Positions 1 to 9,508 of a stretch of DNA of 64,000 bases are shown piece by piece. The notes beneath the pieces were generated by a model. That model was given only the letters and a program-made list of their open reading frames with translations. It was not told where the DNA came from and did no database searches. Source of the DNA: Naegleria gruberi (taxonomy: Eukaryota); the NCBI GenBank assembly GCA_000004985.1, contig GG738845.1; one strand, written 5' to 3'. Numbering within the stretch: the first letter of the stretch is position 1; each line of letters begins with the position of its first letter. The position numbers and the translations under genes are program-made.

Positions 1-467
1 TCCACAGATAAATGTTTCCAATTTTGAGTGGTTACACCATACATTTGTGTTGTAGGATCACCTTCCTTCATACCAAAATATTTGTTGAAATAAACAAGTC
101 CATTAAATACCGATCTAAAGGCAAAAACCTCTGTCGAATATTTGGAATTATAATTGATTGCCAAGCCTGCAACGAGCAATCCGAGGAGGATAACAAACAG
201 AGAACGTTCCATTTTTTTTAATTTTATTTTTTATTCAATATCGCACTAATATTCCTTATGGCGCCACAAACATTCCTCTCGGACAACTTGAGTTTAATGT
301 GCTTCTTGATAAGACATCAAAACCGTTCTTAAAGAAGCTTCTTTCAATATAAACAACTTGTGCTTTTATTAACAAGTTTTTCATTCGATACTTGAAGAAC
401 CTAAGCCAAAAGTTCTCATAAAGATTTTGATTGAAATGAAAATTATTAAATTATTTTTTTTAAAAAA

Positions 468-971
468 ATGAAAAGATTGAGAGAGATTGTCTTTCCTGCA
501 GTTTTTGTTTCGACGAGTGTTTATGCAGGTTCGACTTTTATTTTGGATAGATATTGGTTGGGATGTGTAAATGGAGCTTCAATGAAACCAACTTTAAATT
601 CGGAATGGGGAGCCTACTCTAGGAATGCTAGTCCATTGAGCTCAATTCGTGATTGGATAGTTATTAAACGAGTGAGGAATCATAAACAAGAATTAAAAAT
701 TGGAGATATTATTGTATTTGTTTCACCGGAGGATCCAAGAACAACAGCTGTTAAAAGAGTGAAGGCATTACCTGGAGAAATTTTTCAACCAAAAAGATTG
801 AATTCCGAAGGATATTCACAAACAGCAAAACTAATTCCAAAGGGACATATTTGGGTGGAAGGAGACAATTCTTCTTCTAGTATTGATTCAAATAATTATG
901 GACCTATTCCAATGGGTTTAGTTCAAGGAAAGGCCACGTGTGTACTCTTTCCAAATTTTAGGTGGCTCTAA
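468..971 (+). CDS. Mitochondrial inner membrane protease subunit (signal peptidase S26 family, IMP1/IMP2-like)
   Basis: 167-aa ORF with an N-terminal hydrophobic segment. It carries the S26 signatures SMKPTL (catalytic Ser box), the VKRVKALPGE box and GDNSSSSIDSNNYGPIP (GDN..S.DSR.FGP box). Confidence 0.75.
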   Translation: MKRLREIVFPAVFVSTSVYAGSTFILDRYWLGCVNGASMKPTLNSEWGAYSRNASPLSSIRDWIVIKRVRNHKQELKIGDIIVFVSPEDPRTTAVKRVKALPGEIFQPKRLNSEGYSQTAKLIPKGHIWVEGDNSSSSIDSNNYGPIPMGLVQGKATCVLFPNFRWL

Positions 972-1125
972 ATGAATTATTTTCAATTTGTTGGATTAGA
1001 GTTTCAAGATATTGTGGAAATTAAAATATGTTGAGCGAAAACTTTAAATGAGAATGCAAATGATCGAATTGATTAAAAGAACATTGGCTCATATTTTAAT
1101 AAAGTGGAAATTAATTTACTACTAA

Positions 1126-2904
1126 TTAAAAATCCATATCGCTTCCAGAATCATCACTATCTGAGGAAGACGAACCATCAGAATCACTCCCCAAATCCAT
1201 TTCAACCTCTTTGGCCTTTAAGCCTCTCAGAAATGCTGACTCTTTCTGAATCAAAGTCATAAATTCAGAGCAGGCTGTTTGAAATTGTACAATCTCTGGT
1301 TTTGATTTAGAAAATGCTTCACTGTATGGGTATAATTTGTGATCACCCAAAAAATAGTCAAACTCATTTTGCCTTTTCAAATACTTTAAACATGCATGTA
1401 ACCACGATAAATCTACAACATGTACACCAGGCATATTTTCAGCTTTTTTAACCTTTTCTGTACCTTTTTGCCTTGCCACCAAGTGAGTCATATTGGGAGT
1501 GATATCTGTATAGCACTTGGCACCTAGATCTGTAGCAATTTTCCAATCAATATGGGTTTCTGGTTGTTGTTTCAAAGGAATGACTCCACTGAAAACAATA
1601 TGAGCCCCTTTGAGAATATCCTTCTTTTTTTCTTTAAGGATTGCCTTGACGTCTCTCTCAGATAAATCCTGTGGAGAGTTGAAGTAATCCAGGTGAACCT
1701 TTTCTAAAAGGTTATAGATGATATCCAATTGATCGTCATCATTGTAATCATCTATAGTATTCTCAATAACTTTAAATGTTCTTGGAGTTTGTTGAGAGTT
1801 ATTTTTCTTTCTATCAGCATCATTACCTGGTGCATTATTTACATCTAGTTGAACACCGAATATACGTCTAAAATAGTCGTACGGAGCTATTTGAATCACA
1901 TTGTCCACATTATCCTTCCAAACATCTGTCTTGTCATCAATAACTAGTACTGATTTATCACTGTAAGGAAAAACTTGGCTGAGTGTCTTGGTGTTAATAT
2001 CTGGACACTCATCTCTCGATAAAATTCTGTCAGCAAATAATGATTTTGAACTATCTAACATTTTTCCAATTTGATCGGCATAGGCTCTTTCACCATGTGT
2101 AAATACGTGTAATTCAAATATTTCTGAACATCTCTTCAAGAAACTCTCCAATCTAGGTCTAAACTTTACAAAATGGTACGATCCTCTCATGAAAAATTTG
2201 TGAATATGTTTTTGAAGTTCTGGTGAATTATTGTAAATATCGTTAAAATAGGTCACCTTGTGGTGCTCTCTCCTATATTCAAAATCGTTAATTGTATGTA
2301 ATAGAGTATGATCCAAATCCAAAACAAGTGAAAGCTTCTTCTTTTCAATTAATCTTTGTTGGTTGGCCTTTCCTCTTTCCAATCCTTTTTCATAGGCAAT
2401 AGTGTATCCTACATTGTGTAAAAGTGCAATGTGTGATTTGGCAGAAGTTTGCACTTCTTGTACACTTTCAAATTCAGGAATTGGTAAATTGAATACAGCT
2501 CCTCTTTCATATGAAAATTTAGTAAGTGCTCCAGATAACTTTTTTGTCATAGTTGCTGATGAGCAATCTCCAGAACACAAGAGACATAAACCTAGCATTG
2601 TTTCACTGTGATCACAACATTTAATTGTCAATAATAGTCTACTTTGCTCCAGATTGGAATTTAGTTTGAGAAGTTTTTGTACACAACCTGATCGATCGCT
2701 AACAATTGTCAAGGCTTCCTTCATTCCTTGAGTTGAAGTAAAAACCAATCTTCCCAAAGGTTCATATGCAAGAATGCATTGATTCTCCTTTACACTCCAA
2801 GTAATTGTTTCTACTTTAAAAACATTCTCAGGAAAGGTAATCGAGTATGATGATTCCGAATAATTCGACTTGGCTGTCGAAGATGAAGATGATGAAGGAA
2901 GCAT
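1126..2904 (-). CDS. RNA polymerase II CTD phosphatase, FCP1-like (FCP1-homology domain plus BRCT domain)
   Basis: 592-aa ORF. LVLDLDHTLLHT is the DxDxT phosphatase motif of the FCP1/SCP family. A BRCT-like segment follows (GAHIVFSGVIPL...), and the C-terminus is an acidic Ser/Asp tail. Confidence 0.7.
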   Translation of the reverse strand: MLPSSSSSSTAKSNYSESSYSITFPENVFKVETITWSVKENQCILAYEPLGRLVFTSTQGMKEALTIVSDRSGCVQKLLKLNSNLEQSRLLLTIKCCDHSETMLGLCLLCSGDCSSATMTKKLSGALTKFSYERGAVFNLPIPEFESVQEVQTSAKSHIALLHNVGYTIAYEKGLERGKANQQRLIEKKKLSLVLDLDHTLLHTINDFEYRREHHKVTYFNDIYNNSPELQKHIHKFFMRGSYHFVKFRPRLESFLKRCSEIFELHVFTHGERAYADQIGKMLDSSKSLFADRILSRDECPDINTKTLSQVFPYSDKSVLVIDDKTDVWKDNVDNVIQIAPYDYFRRIFGVQLDVNNAPGNDADRKKNNSQQTPRTFKVIENTIDDYNDDDQLDIIYNLLEKVHLDYFNSPQDLSERDVKAILKEKKKDILKGAHIVFSGVIPLKQQPETHIDWKIATDLGAKCYTDITPNMTHLVARQKGTEKVKKAENMPGVHVVDLSWLHACLKYLKRQNEFDYFLGDHKLYPYSEAFSKSKPEIVQFQTACSEFMTLIQKESAFLRGLKAKEVEMDLGSDSDGSSSSDSDDSGSDMDF

Positions 2905-3123
2905 TTTTTTTCGATTGTTTTAAAAATACATTTTGCTGAATGTTTTTCAAATATATAACACTATGGGTCTTACTGAAAATAAATATTGAAACAAGGAATA
3001 AGGTGGATGCTATGGCTTGAGTTGTGGTGGGATGAAAATCAAGTAGACAAGTGTTGGGGAAATAATTGGAGGCAACAAGCATAAAAAACAATTCAATTAA
3101 AAAATATTTAAAAAAAATTAAAA

Positions 3124-3591
3124 ATGTCCTCCACTTTGCCAAGACCAACTTTAAATCCTTTAGAAAAACATAGACTTGGAAAACAATTCGGCCAAGAAGT
3201 ACCAGAATTTGCCGACTACCATCAAAAGAAGAAGGACGTCTTTGAACTTTCTTTGAAGGTGGGCTCAGTTTTGGGTCTTGTCGCTGGTGTTCCTGCTTAT
3301 CAAAAATCATATCAACCTCTCACTGGTATTTTTGTTGCTGCTATGGGTTTCCTTGCCGGTCAATCATTTGTAAAACATGTTGCTGGACGAGCTTACGGAT
3401 TGAATCCATTGAACGATGCCGAATATGAAAGAGCCTTCAATTTATGGGTTTATTATGAACACAATCCACACCGTAAACAACAAGATTTACCAGTCCATAC
3501 TATGGAAGCTAGATATCAACAAAGTTTGGCTGAATTTAGAGAAAAACACAAGAATGAATATCAAAAGTTCTTGACTCAACAACAACAATAA
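3124..3591 (+). CDS. Hypothetical small membrane protein (two predicted TM helices, Q-rich tail)
   Basis: 155-aa ORF with an ATG start. Hydrophobic stretches LGLVAGVPAY and GIFVAAMGFLAG are present. I recognise no family. Confidence 0.4.
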   Translation: MSSTLPRPTLNPLEKHRLGKQFGQEVPEFADYHQKKKDVFELSLKVGSVLGLVAGVPAYQKSYQPLTGIFVAAMGFLAGQSFVKHVAGRAYGLNPLNDAEYERAFNLWVYYEHNPHRKQQDLPVHTMEARYQQSLAEFREKHKNEYQKFLTQQQQ

Positions 3592-3785
3592 TTCATGTGG
3601 ACATTTCTTCATCATGTGATCATAATTTCTGTGTAGATTTAGTAGTAATATAACATCATCATATGATTTGTACTTTCTTCCAACCACACCCCTCCTTCCT
3701 TCCCACCTCTTTCAAACATTAAATTAACACGTCAAAATAAACCAAAGGGTATATTATTTATGGTAAATTGACAACTTGACACAAT

Positions 3786-4886
3786 TTATTCATCATCCTT
3801 TTCGTCTGCAGTTGATGATTGTGCAGAGTTGGGCAGTAATTGCTCCTTAATCTTCTTCAGGATCTTTCTGACCTTGGAGCTCTCTATGATCATACATAAA
3901 CCTTGTTGGAAAGTGTCATCTGTAAGTGTAAGGGTTGATGCATCTTCAGTGTATTCACTCTTGATTGGGTAGTCAAATGAAACAAGGGCTCTTTCATGAT
4001 AAAATTGTTCTTCTGGTTTGTAGAAAATAGCTTCGTCTTTGACTTTCTTAACTTGTCCTGATAGTGGACTTCTCATGTGGAAAACTTTGGTAATAATCAA
4101 ATAGTATTGGAATTTTGTAAAACCATTTTCTTTTTGTTCTCTTTCTAATTCTTCAAATAAATTAAGATGGAGCATTCCACCAACTTCATATGGTAAATTT
4201 ATAACTCTCTCGTTAACAATTATTCCCAATTTAGAATTATCAAAGACTTCACATAATTTTTCACGCTTATCTTGATCTGGACATTTTTGAAGAACGAATG
4301 CTTTGATTTGTTTCATACATTGTTTCTTCTTATGTTGCTTATAATCTAAGAGCGACAGTAATCCATACATATCCATGGTCCAATCCCATTGGCTTGGATC
4401 AACTTCATCATCATCCTTCATGGCATTTTGAGAGGATGTATTAGAAGGTGGGGCAATTAAAGGTTGTTGTTGTTGCTGTTGTGGATCTGAAGCTGTTTTA
4501 ATAACAGATGTGAGTGGATTTGGAATTTTGTTTGCTTCATCTCCTAACACAAGTTCGGCCATTTCAAAGTAATTATATTCAGTTCCTTGTAAGTAATTTC
4601 TGACGTATAATTCAGCTCCATAGTAATCACTTTGTAAATCTGGAGCATTAACATCAAAATCGACAACCATATCACCTGGTTCAGAGGCAGAATCCTCTTG
4701 ACCATCATCATACTCCACATATTCTTGTCCGACGCTAAATAACGGCTTTTCCTCATCACCATCTTGCATATTCATTCTATCCCTCTTCATATCTTCATAG
4801 GATACCATGGATTCATCTGCCATGTCGTGTTCTTGCTTTCTCTTGACACCACCTTGACCTCTTCTCTTATTGTTGTTTTGCAGCAT
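3786..4886 (-). CDS. BCP1/BCCIP family protein (acidic N-terminus plus conserved BCIP domain)
   Basis: The ORF runs 3786..4961, but the first ATG is at 4886 (MLQNNNKRRG). The C-terminal block LGIIVNERVINLPYEVGGMLHLNLFEELE...FQYYLIITKVFHMRSP resembles the BCCIP/Bcp1 domain. The N-terminus is a poly-acidic/Q tract. Confidence 0.5.
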   Translation of the reverse strand: MLQNNNKRRGQGGVKRKQEHDMADESMVSYEDMKRDRMNMQDGDEEKPLFSVGQEYVEYDDGQEDSASEPGDMVVDFDVNAPDLQSDYYGAELYVRNYLQGTEYNYFEMAELVLGDEANKIPNPLTSVIKTASDPQQQQQQPLIAPPSNTSSQNAMKDDDEVDPSQWDWTMDMYGLLSLLDYKQHKKKQCMKQIKAFVLQKCPDQDKREKLCEVFDNSKLGIIVNERVINLPYEVGGMLHLNLFEELEREQKENGFTKFQYYLIITKVFHMRSPLSGQVKKVKDEAIFYKPEEQFYHERALVSFDYPIKSEYTEDASTLTLTDDTFQQGLCMIIESSKVRKILKKIKEQLLPNSAQSSTADEKDDE

Positions 4887-4995
4887 TTTTTTGTTGGTTG
4901 AAAAAAAATTTGAAGCAAGTAAAGGAGATCCAAAATTCAAGCTGAGTGGTGAATATTTCAAAAAATTGTTAATAATTACAAGTTTGAGATTGAAT

Positions 4996-6261
4996 CTATT
5001 TTATCTGACAAGTTTTTTTACGTTCTCTAAAGACAAAATCATCGTCTTCCTCTTCAAAGATATTCCTACTTATTGTTTCTCCTTCTTCTTGAGTAAGACT
5101 TCTTCTTAGAATGGCATTAATTTTGATAGAGTGTGGATTTTTTGGTTTGACTGGTGTTGGAGTTTTGAAAAGATCCAGATTAAACGATTCTTCAAGGTCT
5201 GTTGTCTTTTTCAATTTCTTTGAGATTGGTGTGAAAATTTCATCACTATTAAATTTAGTAGAAATAACTTGAGGAGATTTCTTCTTGGAGTGGGGAGTAG
5301 TAGTGCATGTTGCTTTCTTAGTATGGGAAGATTTAGGAGTGGTAATAAGATTTTGTAAAGTCTTATTGGAGGGTGTTTTAGGTGTTGAGTTATTGGTAGC
5401 CATCTCATTAATTTTTCTCTTTTTTGTAGAAGAGGGTGACTTGGGTTTGCTCACACTTGTTGGAGGAGTTAATAACTTTAAGGATGATGGAGATTTTTTA
5501 CCTGTGGAAAGAGTTAGTGCTGACAACTTGCGAGATGGAGTTGATGGAACATTGTCACGAATTGAATCGTCTTGTGGATTGGATATGGTTTTGTGGTTTT
5601 TTGAGGGTGTTGAAAATGATTCTTTTCCGAGTAAGAAGATGTCATCATCTTGATTTTGCTGGGATACGTTAATTGATGAGGACTTTGATGGAGTTGTCTG
5701 TTTTTTTGGAGTTACTGACCTATTCTTATTTGGTGATGTCAATAAGTTATTTCCTTCAGAAATCAATTGAGTGGAGTGTTTGATTTGAGATTTTAAAAGT
5801 GATAATCTTCTCCTTAGTTTTTCAATTTTTGAAAGTGGATCATAGGATTCAGTTTCTTCCATATTTTCCACAAAATTATTGGAATCTCTGAACACTAATT
5901 TAGATTTTGGTGATTTGGAAGGAGAAAATAATTGGACTCCATTTGTATTTTGATCTGGAATGACATGCCTATATCTTGGCATGTGAGGTGATGTTGCATT
6001 TCGTTTTGCACTGTGACTCAATAGCAATGAAAGTCCAGGACTTGACATTGGTGATTTTGGTTGTTCCTGATCGAGTTGAGGAGGTGTTGGTGCCATCTCC
6101 CAATCCTTTCCTTCCAATTGATTTTGTGATTTTTCTACGGGGGTGACTATGTGGAAGGAACCTATTGAATCGACATTTTCTTGTCGGGTTGTGTGGTTGT
6201 TATTGATGGGAGTTTGGTGAGAGGAATTATAAGCTGGTGAAGTAGAAAATCTTCCAGGCAT
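4996..6261 (-). CDS. Low-complexity Ser/Thr/Pro/Lys-rich protein (many S/TPxK motifs), function unknown
   Basis: The long ORF 4996..6378 starts at a TTG in the track. The first ATG (MPGRFSTSP) lies at about 6261. The sequence has repeated TPPSKS / TPKKQTTPSKS / SPSK motifs that look like CDK phosphosites. Confidence 0.45.
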   Translation of the reverse strand: MPGRFSTSPAYNSSHQTPINNNHTTRQENVDSIGSFHIVTPVEKSQNQLEGKDWEMAPTPPQLDQEQPKSPMSSPGLSLLLSHSAKRNATSPHMPRYRHVIPDQNTNGVQLFSPSKSPKSKLVFRDSNNFVENMEETESYDPLSKIEKLRRRLSLLKSQIKHSTQLISEGNNLLTSPNKNRSVTPKKQTTPSKSSSINVSQQNQDDDIFLLGKESFSTPSKNHKTISNPQDDSIRDNVPSTPSRKLSALTLSTGKKSPSSLKLLTPPTSVSKPKSPSSTKKRKINEMATNNSTPKTPSNKTLQNLITTPKSSHTKKATCTTTPHSKKKSPQVISTKFNSDEIFTPISKKLKKTTDLEESFNLDLFKTPTPVKPKNPHSIKINAILRRSLTQEEGETISRNIFEEEDDDFVFRERKKTCQIK

Positions 6262-6372
6262 TTTTTTGGCGGGTTTTATTTCTGTGCAAAAGAACAGAAA
6301 GCATGAAGAATGTGATGATTGAAATTGGTAACCAATAAATTGATTATTGTTAAACAAATTTAGAAATAAAAA

Positions 6373-7620
6373 ATGCAAAAATCAGCAAATGATTCATCAT
6401 CATGGTATCCAGGCAAATACAGATATGTTGATTACTGGGCCGAGAGTATTCTCCATTTTACAATGAGAGATGAACAAACAGCAATTTATACAACTGGAGG
6501 TGGAGAAGGGCCTTTTCATAAATATTTAAGTGGAGTTGATGGTTTGAAAATTGTGATGAAATCGTCTTCTAATGGATCTTCGGGAGAAAAGATTCCGTCA
6601 ACAAGTTGTTTTCAACAAGAGGAATATATTCCATATCTACAATTGGAACAAGAAGGAGGATTTGATAATAGAAATTCCAATCAAAAAGTACCATCTGATC
6701 AATTACCTTCTCAACTCATCATTCCACTCAGATTCCATGATGAAGGGTTGAAAAATTTTACATTCATGTTACGTAGAATTTCTAGTGTGAAACAATTTCT
6801 TGTTTCTTCTTTTTTGGCTCCTAATGTTGAATCATTGTTTGGAAATTTGGAAAAAAAGAATGAGATTGTTAGAAAAATTATGAATGCTCCTTTGGATATT
6901 AGAGCTCATGTTTATCCGGATACAACTTTTTCAATGTGTTTGAAGATGGCTCTCGATTCATATATTATTCAACATGAATTGAGATTACCAACAGTTATTG
7001 ATAATTCACCATCAAGTCTATCAGCAGCAGTACCAAGAGGTTGGATTAATGAAACTCTTCTTTCTATCAAGTCAAATAGAGCACATACAGATATTTTCCA
7101 ATCGTTTTCTCCAATTCAATCTCAAACATTGTTATCAGGACTTTTTAGAGCTTACCAAACAAAGAACATTGCAGTGGATGTAGGTGGATGTATTCTTGCT
7201 TGTGATTACATGCCAGGAAATTTGGCCTATGCTGCTAGATTTGGAATTGTTTCACCACTCTCACAGAAAAAGACAACTGTTGTTTTCAATGGTGATCTTT
7301 TGGGGCATATGCACCTTTCCTACACAACCCAAATCTCAAGAATTTATGGTTTGGCTGCTAGTGCTCAACTTCGTTACAACAGTACACAAACTCAAACAGA
7401 AATGGCTGTTGGTATTGAATGTGTTTCTCCACCAGGAGCTGAAGATTATGCTACCAAATTCAGAGTTGATACTGAAAAGGGAATTGCAGCCCTCATTGAA
7501 AAGAGAAAATTCTGGAATAATGACAAGCTCAATGTTGGTGTTACTATTGCTAAGAATTTCTCTGGGGCTAGTTCTTTGTCTGGATTGAAATTGGGCTTGA
7601 ATCTTCAAATAGAATATTAA
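6373..7620 (+). CDS. Putative mitochondrial outer-membrane beta-barrel protein (Mdm10/porin-like), tentative
   Basis: 415-aa ORF with an ATG start. Amphipathic strands alternate throughout. The C-terminus ...GLKLGLNLQIEY ends in an aromatic residue and fits the mitochondrial beta-signal pattern. The N-terminal W....Y motif is reminiscent of Mdm10. I have no strong family assignment. Confidence 0.3.
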   Translation: MQKSANDSSSWYPGKYRYVDYWAESILHFTMRDEQTAIYTTGGGEGPFHKYLSGVDGLKIVMKSSSNGSSGEKIPSTSCFQQEEYIPYLQLEQEGGFDNRNSNQKVPSDQLPSQLIIPLRFHDEGLKNFTFMLRRISSVKQFLVSSFLAPNVESLFGNLEKKNEIVRKIMNAPLDIRAHVYPDTTFSMCLKMALDSYIIQHELRLPTVIDNSPSSLSAAVPRGWINETLLSIKSNRAHTDIFQSFSPIQSQTLLSGLFRAYQTKNIAVDVGGCILACDYMPGNLAYAARFGIVSPLSQKKTTVVFNGDLLGHMHLSYTTQISRIYGLAASAQLRYNSTQTQTEMAVGIECVSPPGAEDYATKFRVDTEKGIAALIEKRKFWNNDKLNVGVTIAKNFSGASSLSGLKLGLNLQIEY

Positions 7621-7736
7621 AAGTTAGAAGCAATAGGATGTGGCTATCACATTTAGGATTATTTCAGTAAAAAATAAATTGTATTGTTTATCTTTTAACT
7701 GTCTATTATTAGCTACCATAAACTTCAAACAAAAAA

Positions 7737-8453
7737 ATGAGCGATCTTGCTACATCGGAATTTGCATCAACAAGCACAAACCCTTCTATTACATCAACCA
7801 ACTCCAAAGCCAAAAGAAAGAGAAAAGAAACTGTTGATACTAGTGCAGCAACAAATATTTCGGAAATTATTCATGAACCAACAAAGGAAAAACCAAAAAA
7901 GAAAGTGAAAAAAGCAACTACTCCCAAAGTTTACAGCAATATATTACCACACGATTTCTATGACAAGTTAAATATTTATGGACAACATGTATTTATTTTA
8001 ACAGAATTGGAAAGAGAAAGTAATTATTTAAATAGCCTACACAAAAAATTATCAGAACATATTCACAAATTACAAATTGAGGAATCTGTGATGAAGAAAC
8101 ACTTTGATGCCTTATATCGTCATCAACAGGAAGCAGAAGAGCAAAAACAACAACGAGAAGAATATGAAAGCGAAAATGAGGCAGAAGAAGAGGAAGAAAT
8201 AGGATATAATTATTATGATTTTCCATATTCTATTCAAGATTTTACAAAATCATGTTATGGTCAACCTGAAAATACAATGTCCACCGAACAAATTAGATAT
8301 GCACCAGATTTAAATCAACAACAACGAGAGGATGTTGTAAGAAATATGAAATCTTCGACATCAACAAGCAACTCAGAATACGAAGAAGCAAACGTTCCAG
8401 AAGTCTTTTCAAAGGAGTTTTTAGCATTAAGGAACTATGTACAAAATCATTAA
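7737..8453 (+). CDS. Hypothetical acidic coiled-coil protein (basic NLS-like N-terminus, E/Q-rich centre)
   Basis: 238-aa ORF with an ATG start. KAKRKRKE is an NLS-like motif, followed by a EEQKQQREEYESENEAEEEEE tract. I recognise no family. Confidence 0.4.
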   Translation: MSDLATSEFASTSTNPSITSTNSKAKRKRKETVDTSAATNISEIIHEPTKEKPKKKVKKATTPKVYSNILPHDFYDKLNIYGQHVFILTELERESNYLNSLHKKLSEHIHKLQIEESVMKKHFDALYRHQQEAEEQKQQREEYESENEAEEEEEIGYNYYDFPYSIQDFTKSCYGQPENTMSTEQIRYAPDLNQQQREDVVRNMKSSTSTSNSEYEEANVPEVFSKEFLALRNYVQNH

Positions 8454-9307
8454 TTCTTTCTTCTTGGTCTATGCTCGTAAAGTACCACTTGCAAATATTC
8501 ATCTGTTTTGATTACTCTTCTTTCACTGTTATCACCAACTGTGGCATCTGTTTGCATGGTTGTGTCAGCATTTGCCAATGTATCACTATTACTTTTTGGA
8601 TCGACACTAATGACCTTTCTGTCTCTTCTATGTCTGAAAAACAATCCATTTTCACTGTTGGCGATTACTTGAAATGTTGAACTATTATTGTAGGAAACCG
8701 TTTGAGTCTTCCAATTGTAATAGCTCAAGTCAGAGGTTTTTGGCATGAGCCTCTTTTTTAGACTGAAATATTCTTCAAAATCTTCATTCTTGAGACGGTG
8801 TCCATAATCGATATATCCACTCACTTCATTTCCTTTTTTATCGTAATCTCTGATGAAAATAATAGTATTCAATCTACCACTTCTAACCTTAGCCTCTCTT
8901 TTCGCAAGTTCATTCAAGAGAGGATAGTTTCTAAGGTCTTTTCCGAAAGAGCACAACTTATCTGTTTTTCCTGGGTCAGAATTTGAAATTAGGTTTGTGG
9001 TCATATTTGGCGTTTTGTTGGTTAGGCTCAACATGTACTTTTTCTTTTGTTCTTCAAAATTATCCCTAGATAAGATATTGTATCTCTTATATTCATTTTC
9101 AATAATTGCTCTGGCAAGATCTTGATTTTCCAAATAAAACAAGTCCTTAGTATTTATCTTTTCATCCAAATAGTCCTCATACGTTGGGTATTTGAACAGA
9201 GCTTTCGGATCATGAATTGGGTTGATAATTGTTGGTGATGGTGAAGGAGCTTGAGATATTTGACTCGAACTGGTAGCATCATTGTTAGGCACGGATGGGG
9301 AAGACAT
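8450..9307 (-). CDS. DUF4464 / C4orf22 (CFAP299)-like protein
   Basis: 285 aa. The block FKYPTYEDYLDEKINTKDLFYLENQDLARAIIENEY closely matches the conserved N-terminus of C4orf22/CFAP299 (FKTYEDYLDSQIT..DLFYLEDEELAR), as I recall that family. Its 3' end overlaps the convergent upstream gene by 4 nt. Confidence 0.45.
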   Translation of the reverse strand: MSSPSVPNNDATSSSQISQAPSPSPTIINPIHDPKALFKYPTYEDYLDEKINTKDLFYLENQDLARAIIENEYKRYNILSRDNFEEQKKKYMLSLTNKTPNMTTNLISNSDPGKTDKLCSFGKDLRNYPLLNELAKREAKVRSGRLNTIIFIRDYDKKGNEVSGYIDYGHRLKNEDFEEYFSLKKRLMPKTSDLSYYNWKTQTVSYNNSSTFQVIANSENGLFFRHRRDRKVISVDPKSNSDTLANADTTMQTDATVGDNSERRVIKTDEYLQVVLYEHRPRRKN

Positions 9308-9508
9308 TTTTTTTTAAAATCGTAAACTAAATTTTGGCGCCATCTTATTAAAACTGATTTTCAAAAAGTGTAGTGAATCGAATAAGATGCTTTTCATTTA
9401 TTAGGAGCCTTAGAGTAATATTAGTTTGTTCCACCTATGGATGACACGACTTGCCACGTGTTTTTAAAAACTCTGCAACGACCATAAGTTTTAAAATCAT
9501 CAAAAAAA

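Noticed and set aside
2402-2611. Small plus-strand ORFs inside FCP1 (2402..2611), inside the coiled-coil gene (16181..16645 minus), inside PEX6 (20569..20796, 21251..21445, 22181..22363) and similar 60-100-aa ORFs throughout
   Set aside because: They sit antisense to or within strongly supported long genes, have no recognisable motifs, and many start at GTG or TTG. They are spurious.
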